Shown: positions 47,414-55,866 of the stretch, one piece after another
Layout: every line of letters begins with the position of its first letter
Numbering within the stretch: position 1 is the stretch's first letter
NCBI GenBank assembly: GCA_049627345.1
Contig: JBMZXF010000003.1
Span: 12,719 to 76,718 of the forward strand
Direction of reading: 5' to 3'
DNA from: Poseidonia sp.
Lineage (GTDB): Archaea > Thermoplasmatota > Poseidoniia > Poseidoniales > Poseidoniaceae
DNA: 64,000 nucleotides
Program-made: the position numbers and the translations under genes
The notes under the pieces: model-generated
The model's database searches: none
What the model was told of the DNA's origin: nothing
The model's input: the letters and a program-made list of their open reading frames with translations, nothing else

Positions 47414-48901
47414 TCAGGCGAGGTCCCATTCGGGCCCACTGGCCGTATCGGTCACCACCACACCGAGGGCGTTCAGTTCATCGCGGATGCTGTCCGCCCG
47501 GGCCCAATCCTTGCTGGCCCTGGCCTCACTACGCTGCAGGAGAAGCGCCTCGACCTGATCGGCGATTTCGGCTTTCCGGGGATCCTCTTCAGGCTCTGCA
47601 AGGGCCACCTCTTGAGAGGGAAGCACACCGAGCACGCGACCGGCCGTTTCCTCCAAAAGATCGACGCCGTAAGCAGCGAACGCCTCTCGGTCAGCTTCGT
47701 CCATGTCCATGCCGAGTGTTTTGGTGATTTCTCGCACCATGCCGAGGACCTTGGCCACGGCTTCACGGGAGTTGAAATCGTCGTCCATGGCTTGGGCAAA
47801 GCCTTCGCCCATCTTCTCGAGCAGACCGGTGGCTCGTGCGAGCGGATGGGGCGAGGCGAGGTCGGGGTGGGGGAGATGGACGGTGGGACCATCGCCCTGG
47901 GCCTTGAGCGCGTCGACATAACAGGCCAGCAAGCGATTGTAATTTCGCTCAGCGTCGTTGAGCAGGGTCTCGTTCATGTCAATGGGTGAGCGGTAGTGGG
48001 CATTGATGAGGGCGAAGCGGAGGACCATGGCGTCCACCTTGGTGAGAATATCACGGATGGTCCAGAAATTCCCGAGGGATTTGCTCATCTTTTCGCCGTC
48101 GATGTTCACGAAGCCGTTGTGGAGCCAGTGGTGCACCACAGGGGAATGACCCGTATGGCACTCTCCTTGGAAAATTTCGGCCTCATGGTGCGGGAACCGA
48201 AGGTCGTGCCCGCCGCCGTGAATGTCGAATTCCTTGTCAAAGTGGTCGAGGGACATCGCCGTGCACTCGATGTGCCAGCCTGGCCGGCCCGGCCCCCAAG
48301 GGGACTCCCACGTGGGCTCGCCGGGTTTCGCAGCCTTCCACAGCGCGAAATCCTTGTGATCACGCTTGCCTGAACCCGTCTCGTCGACGCGACCCCCTGC
48401 GCCTGATCGAACCGCATCGATGGATTGGCCGGTGAGTTGGCCGTACTTTTCGGGTGCGGATTCAACGTGAAAGTACACGCCGTCGTTGGCCTCGTAGGCG
48501 TGTCCTTTCTCGATGAGGTCGGCCGTGATGCGAATCATGTCATCAACGTACTCCGTGCAACGGGGGTAAACATCAGCCCGGAGGATGTTGAGCGCATCCA
48601 TGTCCTCGTAGTAGGCCTCAATGTTCTGGTCGACCAACGCTTTCCAGTCACCGTCCAGTTCGTTGGCGCGATGGATGATTTTGTCGTCGATGTCGGTGAA
48701 GTTCTGAACGTAATGAACGTCGTATCCGCTGGACTCAAGCCACCGATGAATCAAATCAAAGGCCAGATAACAGCGTGCGTGGCCAAGATGACATCGGTCG
48801 TAGACCGTCACACCGCAGACGTACATGGAGACCTTACCGGGCTCCAAGGTGGTGAAGTTCACCTTTTCGCGACGGCGAGTATCATGCAGACGGATGGGCA
48901 T
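47414..48901 (-). CDS. cysS: Cysteinyl-tRNA synthetase
   Basis: MYVCGVTVYDRCHLGHARCY (HIGH) and KMSKSLGN. Confidence 0.95.
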   Translation of the reverse strand: MPIRLHDTRRREKVNFTTLEPGKVSMYVCGVTVYDRCHLGHARCYLAFDLIHRWLESSGYDVHYVQNFTDIDDKIIHRANELDGDWKALVDQNIEAYYEDMDALNILRADVYPRCTEYVDDMIRITADLIEKGHAYEANDGVYFHVESAPEKYGQLTGQSIDAVRSGAGGRVDETGSGKRDHKDFALWKAAKPGEPTWESPWGPGRPGWHIECTAMSLDHFDKEFDIHGGGHDLRFPHHEAEIFQGECHTGHSPVVHHWLHNGFVNIDGEKMSKSLGNFWTIRDILTKVDAMVLRFALINAHYRSPIDMNETLLNDAERNYNRLLACYVDALKAQGDGPTVHLPHPDLASPHPLARATGLLEKMGEGFAQAMDDDFNSREAVAKVLGMVREITKTLGMDMDEADREAFAAYGVDLLEETAGRVLGVLPSQEVALAEPEEDPRKAEIADQVEALLLQRSEARASKDWARADSIRDELNALGVVVTDTASGPEWDLA

Positions 48902-48957
48902 GGGCTCATCTCGGCGTGGCGGCGGGTTGCACTTGAAGGTTCATACGGGACCCCTGT

Positions 48958-49989
48958 GTGGCCCGCCGTATGGCCAACGCTTCACCAAAACGCATTTTCG
49001 TCACCGGTGTGAACGGTCATATCGGGAACCACATCGTCCGAGACTTGCTCGAACACGGCTACGCGGTACGAGGGTCGGTGCGCAATCTCAACGACGCCGA
49101 AAAAACCGACCATGTCCGGGCCCACGCTCGTGAACTCGCATGCGAGGACCGGTTGGAACTCGTTGAGGGGGACGTCCTCGATGCCGACGGTTGGGCACCA
49201 CATCTGAACGGCTGTGCCGGTTTGTTTCACACCGCCACGATGTACTCCACTCGAGGAAGCGCCGCCGAAATCCTTGACACGGCCAACAAGGGCACCACCC
49301 ACCTGCTTCACGCCGCCGCCGAAGCAGGCATCAAGCGCGTCGTCTACACCTCAAGCACCGCTGCGGTCGGCACGTCGCCAAAAGGTCAGGTCAAAGATGA
49401 GACGTCGTGGAACACCGACACCTCCCTTCCCTACACCGTTGCCAAGACCCAATCCGAACGCCTGGCTTGGAATCTTGCAAAAGAACTGGAACTTGACCTT
49501 CGCGTCATCAACCCCACCGCTGTGCTGGGTGGTGGTTTTGTTCGACCGACACCCAGCGTGGACTTTTTCCAAGATGCCATCGCTGGCAACTACCCCGTGG
49601 CGCCCAAATTCCCCATGTCCGTCGTCCACGTTCGAGACGTCGCTCGAGCCCATCGACGGGCCTTCGAAGTGGATGAAGCGGAGGGGCGCTTCATCCTCGC
49701 CCCCCACGCCAACCTCACGTTGGCGACGATTTGCAAACGCATCCGCACGCTCAATCCGACCACCAAGGCACCAAAGTACAGCCTGCCGAACACCCTCGTC
49801 CCGCTCGCCGTGTTCCAGGACTGGTTGGGCGGAAAATTCGGACGTCAACGCTACCTCACACGCGCCGTGGCCAAGAACATGATGGGCGGGGACACCAACT
49901 ACTCAAGTGCCAAAGCCGAGAAGGTTCTCGGCATGACATGGGAGGATTTTGATACGTGCATCCAAGATACGGTCGACGTCTTCCTTTGA
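48958..49989 (+). CDS. NAD(P)-dependent extended SDR (dihydroflavonol/cinnamoyl-CoA reductase-like)
   Basis: IFVTGVNGHIGNHIVRDLLEHGY Rossmann motif and YTVAKTQSE (YxxxK). Start may be ATG 48970. Confidence 0.8.
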   Translation: MARRMANASPKRIFVTGVNGHIGNHIVRDLLEHGYAVRGSVRNLNDAEKTDHVRAHARELACEDRLELVEGDVLDADGWAPHLNGCAGLFHTATMYSTRGSAAEILDTANKGTTHLLHAAAEAGIKRVVYTSSTAAVGTSPKGQVKDETSWNTDTSLPYTVAKTQSERLAWNLAKELELDLRVINPTAVLGGGFVRPTPSVDFFQDAIAGNYPVAPKFPMSVVHVRDVARAHRRAFEVDEAEGRFILAPHANLTLATICKRIRTLNPTTKAPKYSLPNTLVPLAVFQDWLGGKFGRQRYLTRAVAKNMMGGDTNYSSAKAEKVLGMTWEDFDTCIQDTVDVFL

Positions 49990-50657
49990 GCCGCGACCAA
50001 GGCCTCCTGGTCGCTTCCGCTGCGTGGTTGATCCCCTCCATCACCGTCGTGGCAGCCACGCTGATTCACCTCCTCGACCAACCTCGTGCCGTACCGTTCT
50101 TCATCTCAGAAACCGATCACGAAGGGCTCCAAGACCTCGTGTTCACCGTAGGATTGACCCTGGGTGGTGTGTGCCAAATGGCCTATGCCTGGCATCTGTA
50201 CCACGAACTCGAAGCCGCTCGACCACGCACGTGGTTCGTCGCCTCGTTACTCGGGGTTTTGGCGTCGGCCAACACCGTGTTGGTCAGCCATTACGACATG
50301 TACAACCACATCAACCCTCACATCCTTACGGCGATGCTCGCCTTTGGTGGCGGCGTCGCTTGGGCGTTCACCGCCGGCTGGGCCATGGGCGACATGGCCT
50401 CGAGTATGGGTCGGCGCATGCGGAGGATTGGCTTCACCATGGCAGCGGTCGGCTTTGTTGTCATGGTGGTGGCCTTCCAGTCCGCCGCCAACACCGTCGA
50501 CCCGACCGGGTTGACGACGGTTGAATTCCTCAACCAAGCCCAGAGCGGCATTGCCGTTGCGGCACCTGCAGAGTACGTTCTCGTGGCTGGCCTGATGCTT
50601 TGCCTTGCTTCGTTTCGCTACGAATTGCTCGCCAAAGAGAAAGAGCAAGCCTCATGA
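49956..50657 (+). CDS. Polytopic membrane protein, possibly Frag1/DRAM/Sfk1-like
   Basis: About 6 hydrophobic helices. AVPFFISETDHEGLQDLVF after TM1 resembles the P(Y/F)ISDTG signature I recall for that family (tentative). Overlaps the SDR 3' end by 34 nt, so the true start may be later. Confidence 0.5.
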   Translation: MHPRYGRRLPLSRDQGLLVASAAWLIPSITVVAATLIHLLDQPRAVPFFISETDHEGLQDLVFTVGLTLGGVCQMAYAWHLYHELEAARPRTWFVASLLGVLASANTVLVSHYDMYNHINPHILTAMLAFGGGVAWAFTAGWAMGDMASSMGRRMRRIGFTMAAVGFVVMVVAFQSAANTVDPTGLTTVEFLNQAQSGIAVAAPAEYVLVAGLMLCLASFRYELLAKEKEQAS

Positions 50658-50690
50658 AGGGCCACCCCACCGTTCACTCTGGGTAAAATC

Positions 50691-51263
50691 ATGAAGAGAA
50701 CCATGGTTGGACTCATCGCCATGACCCTCATGCTTGCGGGTTGCATCGAGGAACAGCCTGCGGCAGAGGAGGAAGAAGCGCCCATGCTGGCGGTGGCGAA
50801 CGTGTTTCCCGTCTGGGAAGGCGTGGATCACACCAACATGAGCCACACCAGCGGGTCGTTCACCAACCAATCCTACCTGGCGTACTTCTCCGCCCCGTGG
50901 TGCACCCATTGTGAAACCACGCTGAACGCCTACGACTTGACCGTTCCTGCCGAGCGAATCGTGGTCTTCTCCCGGGAATCACGTGAAGAATACGCCAACA
51001 TGAGCGAGTGGCACAACACCACCGAGCAAAACCTCAACCGCACCGTCAATCGACCGTTCATCCTTCATCCCGACCTCGCCATGGAGGTCGAAGCCAAATC
51101 CATCCCGCATGCGGTGTTCGTGAACCCACAGGGCTACGCCTTTCATGTTGAGATTGGAAAGGAAACCAATCAAACCTACATCCAATCGGTTTGGGAGTTA
51201 ACAGAAACCGCCGTGTTCAACGAAACGACAGGGTGGAACCATCACGTCGATGCATCAAGCTGA
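50691..51263 (+). CDS. Lipobox lipoprotein with thioredoxin fold (TlpA/ResA-like, WCxxC)
   Basis: MKRTMVGLIAMTLMLAGC-IEE and YLAYFSAPWCTHCETTL. Confidence 0.65.
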   Translation: MKRTMVGLIAMTLMLAGCIEEQPAAEEEEAPMLAVANVFPVWEGVDHTNMSHTSGSFTNQSYLAYFSAPWCTHCETTLNAYDLTVPAERIVVFSRESREEYANMSEWHNTTEQNLNRTVNRPFILHPDLAMEVEAKSIPHAVFVNPQGYAFHVEIGKETNQTYIQSVWELTETAVFNETTGWNHHVDASS

Positions 51264-51572
51264 ACGCAGCGCAAGCAGGGCCGGCGGGACGGTGTAGGTG
51301 TACGAGGAACCGTCGCCGGCCAAGGTCAGCGAGGTCAAGTCCGACGAGAACGCCACCGTTTCAAACACGCTTTCGATGGCGTGGAGGGGCATGTTGGCCA
51401 CCAAAGCACCGGACCGGGTGATGGAAATGCCCGTGGCCACAGAAGGTGGAACCGACCTGAAGGTCAGGAGGTCCTCGGTGATGGAGAGGACGCCCAAACC
51501 ATCGAACATGAGATGGAAGTGTTCTGAGATGGTCCCCCAGTCCTTTGCGAATCTGAACAGGTTTTCCATCAT
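51255..51572 (-). CDS. Hypothetical 105-aa protein
   Basis: ORF with balanced composition, 34 nt downstream of mutY on the same strand. No family recognised. Confidence 0.4.
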   Translation of the reverse strand: MMENLFRFAKDWGTISEHFHLMFDGLGVLSITEDLLTFRSVPPSVATGISITRSGALVANMPLHAIESVFETVAFSSDLTSLTLAGDGSSYTYTVPPALLALRSA

Positions 51573-51606
51573 GCATCACCCCTCATGTTCTCGTCCCCAC
51601 ATGCCA

Positions 51607-52596
51607 TCATGACCTCCCCTCCAACAAGCGTTGCAAAGCCACGTTCAAAACCTTCTCATCGAGGGTTGAACACGCCACGGTGCTTGGTTCGGTTCCCGTT
51701 TCGCCCACCGAGGATGTTCCGACCAAGACATGAACGGTCATCGACCGATGGCTGAGTTGGTGGTTGACAACACCTGCCTCAACGTAGGCCTCACCTTCCT
51801 TTCTTCGCCCTTCCTCGTACACCGGTCCCCACATGCCACCGAACAGCCCTGAGGGTGGTCGCTGCTTGAGCACCGGGCGACCTTGGCCGTCATGGTCAAC
51901 GATGGCGGTGAGGATGACCGCCTTGGTCCGTTGTTGCTTGGGAAGCGGGTAGCGTTCCGGCGTGGACCGCCCTTGACACGAGGAGGACACAGGGCATTGA
52001 CTGCATCCGACCCGTTTGGGCGTGCAAACCGTCGCCCCCAACTCCATGAGGGCTTGATTCCAATCGCCCGGCCGTTCGATCTCAAGCGAGGCGTCAGCCC
52101 ACGTCTGAACCGCCTTTGGTGTCGGCTCGAGATGAGCGGTCTGACGCGCCATCACCCGGCGGATGTTGCCGTCCACGCAGGCCACGGGTTGACCAAAGGC
52201 AATGCTGGCCACGGCGGCAGCGGTGTAGGGCCCAATGCCGGGCAGCGACCGCAACTCGTCGTAGGTTGAAGGTAACCGTCCGTCGAATCCACCTTCGGCC
52301 TTTGGAAGCATGACCCGTTGACTGAGGGCATGGAGACGGCGAGCACGGCTGTAATAGCCCGCACCTTCCCACGCCTTCAACACCGCATCAACCGGAGCAT
52401 CGGCCATGGACGCGATGGTCGGAAAGGTTTCAACCATCCGCTGCCAATACACCAAACCACGACTCACTTGGGTTTGCTGCAGGAGAATCTCACTGAGAAG
52501 GATGTGCCAAGGGTCGTCGGTTTGTCGCCACGGCAAGGCCCGCTGGTGCTCGTCGTACCACTGCAGCAAAGCGTGCTGCTCGTCGTGGTTGAGCAC
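51607..52596 (-). CDS. mutY: A/G-specific adenine DNA glycosylase
   Basis: PWRQTDDPWHILLSEILLQQTQV, HhH LRSLPGIGPYTAAAVASIAFG, Fe-S loop CTPKRVGCSQCPVSSSC, C-terminal NUDIX-like domain. Confidence 0.85.
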   Translation of the reverse strand: MLNHDEQHALLQWYDEHQRALPWRQTDDPWHILLSEILLQQTQVSRGLVYWQRMVETFPTIASMADAPVDAVLKAWEGAGYYSRARRLHALSQRVMLPKAEGGFDGRLPSTYDELRSLPGIGPYTAAAVASIAFGQPVACVDGNIRRVMARQTAHLEPTPKAVQTWADASLEIERPGDWNQALMELGATVCTPKRVGCSQCPVSSSCQGRSTPERYPLPKQQRTKAVILTAIVDHDGQGRPVLKQRPPSGLFGGMWGPVYEEGRRKEGEAYVEAGVVNHQLSHRSMTVHVLVGTSSVGETGTEPSTVACSTLDEKVLNVALQRLLEGRS

Positions 52597-52605
52597 GCCT
52601 CACCC

Positions 52606-54675
52606 TCAGGCTTCAGCAGGTTCAGCCGCCGGTTCGGCTGAGGCCTTGGCGGCTTCGATCTTGGCGTCGTTGGCCTTGATTTGTTCCCACACCAACTCGG
52701 CCACGTCCTTGACTTCCATCTCTGCACCGATGGCGCTCAAGCCGTCGGTGACCATGGTCGAACAGAACGGACAACCCACGGCCACGGTATCGGCGCCGGT
52801 AGCAGCGAGTTCCTTTGAGCGAATCACGTTGACACGGTCGTAGCCTTCGTCGACGTGCTCTTCCATCCACATTTGAGCGCCACCGGCACCGCAACAGAAA
52901 GAATCACGACCGTGGCGTTCGGCTTCAACATCAACGCCGCCGATGGCGTCGCGGGGCGCATCCAATTCGCCGCCAATGCGCCCGAGGTAGCACGGGTCGT
53001 GGAAGGTCACCGAACCGTCGTGCTTGGGCTGAGGGAGTTTGCCTTCGGTTTGCAAGTGGCTGATGAGTTGGGAGTGGTGCATGACTTCGATGTCTTCGCC
53101 GCCGTAGTCCTTGTACTCCTTTCCAAGCGTGTGGAAGCAGTGCGGGCAGGAGGCGACGATCTTCTTGACCCCGATTTCCTCGAAGGTCGAGAGGTTGGTT
53201 TCGGCGAGCATTTGGAACAGGTATTCGTTACCAGCGCGGCGGGCTGCATCACCGCTGCAGCCTTCCTGCATGCCGAGAATACCGACGTCGAGGCCGGCTT
53301 CTTTCATGATGCTGATGGTGTCCCTGGCGACCTTCTTATTGCGTTCGTCAAAGGAGGCAGCACAGCCCGCGAAGTAGATGTATTCGGCTGGCTCGGCCAC
53401 CTTTACGTCAAGGCCATCGGCCCAATCGCCTCGCTCGTGGGCGGGCAACCCGTAGGGGTTGGAATCGGATTCCAGGTTCTCGATGGTGGCCATGAGCGGC
53501 ATGACCGTGTCCTCAACGCTCTCGTCAAACTCCATGCGCTCCATCATCAGGTGGCGGCGAGCATCGGTCAACTTGGGCACGTGGTCGATGTAAATGGGGC
53601 AAGCTTCAACACAGGCGTGGCACGTCGTGCACGCCCAAATGGCACCTTCGCCGAAACGGGCGATGATGTCTTCCTCGGGCGTTTCGTCGGCAAACAAGGT
53701 CGTGGCGTGGTCGTTGGCGTAATGGCGCACGTCGTGGATGATCTGCATCGGGTTGAGGTCCTTGCCGCTGGCGTAGGCGGGACAAACGTCTTGGCAGCGA
53801 GCGCACGAGGTGCAGGCCCAGCCATCGATGAGGTCCCGCCACGTGAAATCGGTGTAGTTCACGGCACCAAACGACTCCACGTCGAGGTCGTCAAGCAGGA
53901 CGGCCTTGCCGTTTTCGCCACGGGCCAGGGGCTCCATGGTGGCCATCGGACGAAGGTCGTGGAAGAAGACGTTTGGGAAGGCCATCACCAAGTGCATGTG
54001 CTTGGAAAGCGGGATGAGGAACAGGAAGACACAGATGGCGAGCATGTGGGCCCAGTAGGCGGCAATGACGAGGCTGGCAGCGGGCGCCAGGGTGGCGTAG
54101 ACCCAGTAACCGATGGGCTCCCATGTGGACGAGACGGTGGATTCACCGGCTTCAACCACGAACGACGTGGTGGTGATGGTCATGATGAGCAGCAGGATGA
54201 CGTTGCCTTCAAGCTGAGATTTTCCCTTGAGCTTCTCGGGCGTGAACACCACACGGCGAATCAACGCCAACACACAGCCGACGAACGCGATGGTGTAGCC
54301 CACCTCCACCATGAGGTTCCACGGCCCACGCACGACCTCTGGGAGCACCTTTTGTGAGAACTGGTTGCCGCTGGCGAGGTCAAACATGTCGGTGGACAGC
54401 ATGAGGAAACCCCAGAACATGAGGACGTGAATGCCACCAGCGATGCGATCCTTGAGCACTTTTTTCTGGCCGAGCCAGCCACTCAGGACTTCTGAAATTC
54501 GAGCGCCCCAATTGTCAAATCGGTTCTCCGGCTTTCCCTTCAGGACAAGCTTGCTCGCCTTCCACACCTGATAGCCAAAGAAGCCACCAGAGACGCCAAA
54601 CAACACCAAGAGAATGGCCCAACCGGGGACGGGGCCGTAATCCAAAAACAACGGATGTTCCACTGTGCTCACCAT
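52606..54675 (-). CDS. Membrane-anchored Fe-S oxidoreductase: N-terminal multi-helix domain, two 4Fe-4S motifs, two CCG (Cys-rich) domains (HdrD/GlpC/DsrMK/EtfD-like)
   Basis: CTSCARCQDVCP and CTTCHACVEACP ferredoxin motifs. CCG-type motifs (FAGCAASF, CPHCFHTL, DPCYLGR, CCGAGG, GCPFCSTM). Five or six N-terminal TM helices. ATG 54675 (MVSTVEHPLF) preferred over 54732, which collides with mvk. Confidence 0.8.
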   Translation of the reverse strand: MVSTVEHPLFLDYGPVPGWAILLVLFGVSGGFFGYQVWKASKLVLKGKPENRFDNWGARISEVLSGWLGQKKVLKDRIAGGIHVLMFWGFLMLSTDMFDLASGNQFSQKVLPEVVRGPWNLMVEVGYTIAFVGCVLALIRRVVFTPEKLKGKSQLEGNVILLLIMTITTTSFVVEAGESTVSSTWEPIGYWVYATLAPAASLVIAAYWAHMLAICVFLFLIPLSKHMHLVMAFPNVFFHDLRPMATMEPLARGENGKAVLLDDLDVESFGAVNYTDFTWRDLIDGWACTSCARCQDVCPAYASGKDLNPMQIIHDVRHYANDHATTLFADETPEEDIIARFGEGAIWACTTCHACVEACPIYIDHVPKLTDARRHLMMERMEFDESVEDTVMPLMATIENLESDSNPYGLPAHERGDWADGLDVKVAEPAEYIYFAGCAASFDERNKKVARDTISIMKEAGLDVGILGMQEGCSGDAARRAGNEYLFQMLAETNLSTFEEIGVKKIVASCPHCFHTLGKEYKDYGGEDIEVMHHSQLISHLQTEGKLPQPKHDGSVTFHDPCYLGRIGGELDAPRDAIGGVDVEAERHGRDSFCCGAGGAQMWMEEHVDEGYDRVNVIRSKELAATGADTVAVGCPFCSTMVTDGLSAIGAEMEVKDVAELVWEQIKANDAKIEAAKASAEPAAEPAEA

Positions 54676-54794
54676 GTCGGCGCTGTGCCGCTGCCCTTGC
54701 GAGGTCAAGACGCACTTTGAATCCACCGTCAAATGGCGAAGGAATCACAACGATGTGCAAGAAGGAATATGAAGCCGGAGCCCGTGAAAGAATC

Positions 54795-55781
54795 ATGGGT
54801 GAGGCGGAGGTGCTCGTGGCTGCCAGCGCCCCCGGCAAATGCATCCTCTTTGGCGAGCACGCCGTGGTTTACGGCCAACCTGCCGTGGCGGTGGCCATCG
54901 AACAACGACTTTCGATTTCGGCGACCAAGGCCGCTTCATGGAGCGTCGATGGGAGCGCCCTTGACCCGGACCGCCACCCGCACATCACGATGCTGAGGGA
55001 CCGTTGGCTGTCGGACGGCGAGCCCATGGCCTTCCACATCTCAGGCGACATCCCTCGCGCATCGGGACTGGGGTCCAGTGCGGCCCTCAGCGCGGCCGTG
55101 GGCGCCGTCATGCACCGCTTGGCCAACCCCTCCAAGGGCATTGACCGGGACGGGTTGAGCGCCGTTGCCCACCGGGCTGAAGCGCATGCCCAGCAGGGTC
55201 GCGCCTCGCCCATGGACGCTTCGACCAGTGTGGAGGGCGGCGTCGTCGTGCTTTCTGACCGCATCGAGGAGGCCGCAAAGCACCTCTACACACGACAATT
55301 GACCACGCCCGAAGGGAAGCGGTCGTGGGAAGTTCACCACCTTTCGCCACCGAACAGCGAAGTGTTTCTGGTGCTCGGCAACACCGGCGTCTTCGCCCCT
55401 ACCTCCAAACAAGTGGCCATGGTCGCCGATGCCCTGGCTGCAGAACCGACGAGAATGCGTGAAATTGAGGCCATCGGGACCGTTGCTCGGCGAGGGCTTG
55501 CGGCCTTGATCGACGGCGATTATGAAGCAGTTGGCCACGCGATGAGCGAAAACCATCTGTTGTTGCGAAACCTTGGGGTTTCATCGCCCGAACTTGAGGC
55601 ACTGATTCAAGCCGCCATGCCCTCATCCCTTGGGGCCAAGTTGACCGGTGCAGGCGGAGGAGGATGCATGGTGGCGCTGACTCGAGACCCGAAACAAACC
55701 AGTGAAGCCATCGAGTTGGCAGGCGGCCGAACCCTCATTTCTCGAATGGGCAACGAAGGCGTCCGCATTGAACGCGGCTAG
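54795..55781 (+). CDS. mvk: Mevalonate kinase (GHMP family)
   Basis: SAPGKCILFGEHAVVYGQPAVAVAI and GDIPRASGLGSSAALSAAV. Start is ATG 54795 (alternatives 54753 and 54717). Confidence 0.88.
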   Translation: MGEAEVLVAASAPGKCILFGEHAVVYGQPAVAVAIEQRLSISATKAASWSVDGSALDPDRHPHITMLRDRWLSDGEPMAFHISGDIPRASGLGSSAALSAAVGAVMHRLANPSKGIDRDGLSAVAHRAEAHAQQGRASPMDASTSVEGGVVVLSDRIEEAAKHLYTRQLTTPEGKRSWEVHHLSPPNSEVFLVLGNTGVFAPTSKQVAMVADALAAEPTRMREIEAIGTVARRGLAALIDGDYEAVGHAMSENHLLLRNLGVSSPELEALIQAAMPSSLGAKLTGAGGGGCMVALTRDPKQTSEAIELAGGRTLISRMGNEGVRIERG

Positions 55782-55836
55782 CCCTCCAGAGCAACGGTTT
55801 TCGAGACAGAAACCAACGATGGGTGCCGAAATTCCT

Positions 55837-55846
55837 TTTATATACT
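55837..55846 (+). promoter_or_regulatory. Archaeal TATA box (ttttatatac) with purine-rich BRE-like flank, upstream of tbp
   Basis: gccgaaattcc-ttttatatac-taaagggcgttcggcctttat-ATG. The TATA centre lies about 25 nt upstream of ATG 55867, which implies a leaderless or near-leaderless mRNA. Confidence 0.55.
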
Positions 55847-55866
55847 AAAGGGCGTTCGGCCTTTAT

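Noticed and set aside
52855-54357. 500-aa plus-strand ORF
   Set aside because: It is antisense to the Fe-S/CCG oxidoreductase, whose Cys motifs are unambiguous. The shadow frame is His/Gly/Val/Asp-rich.
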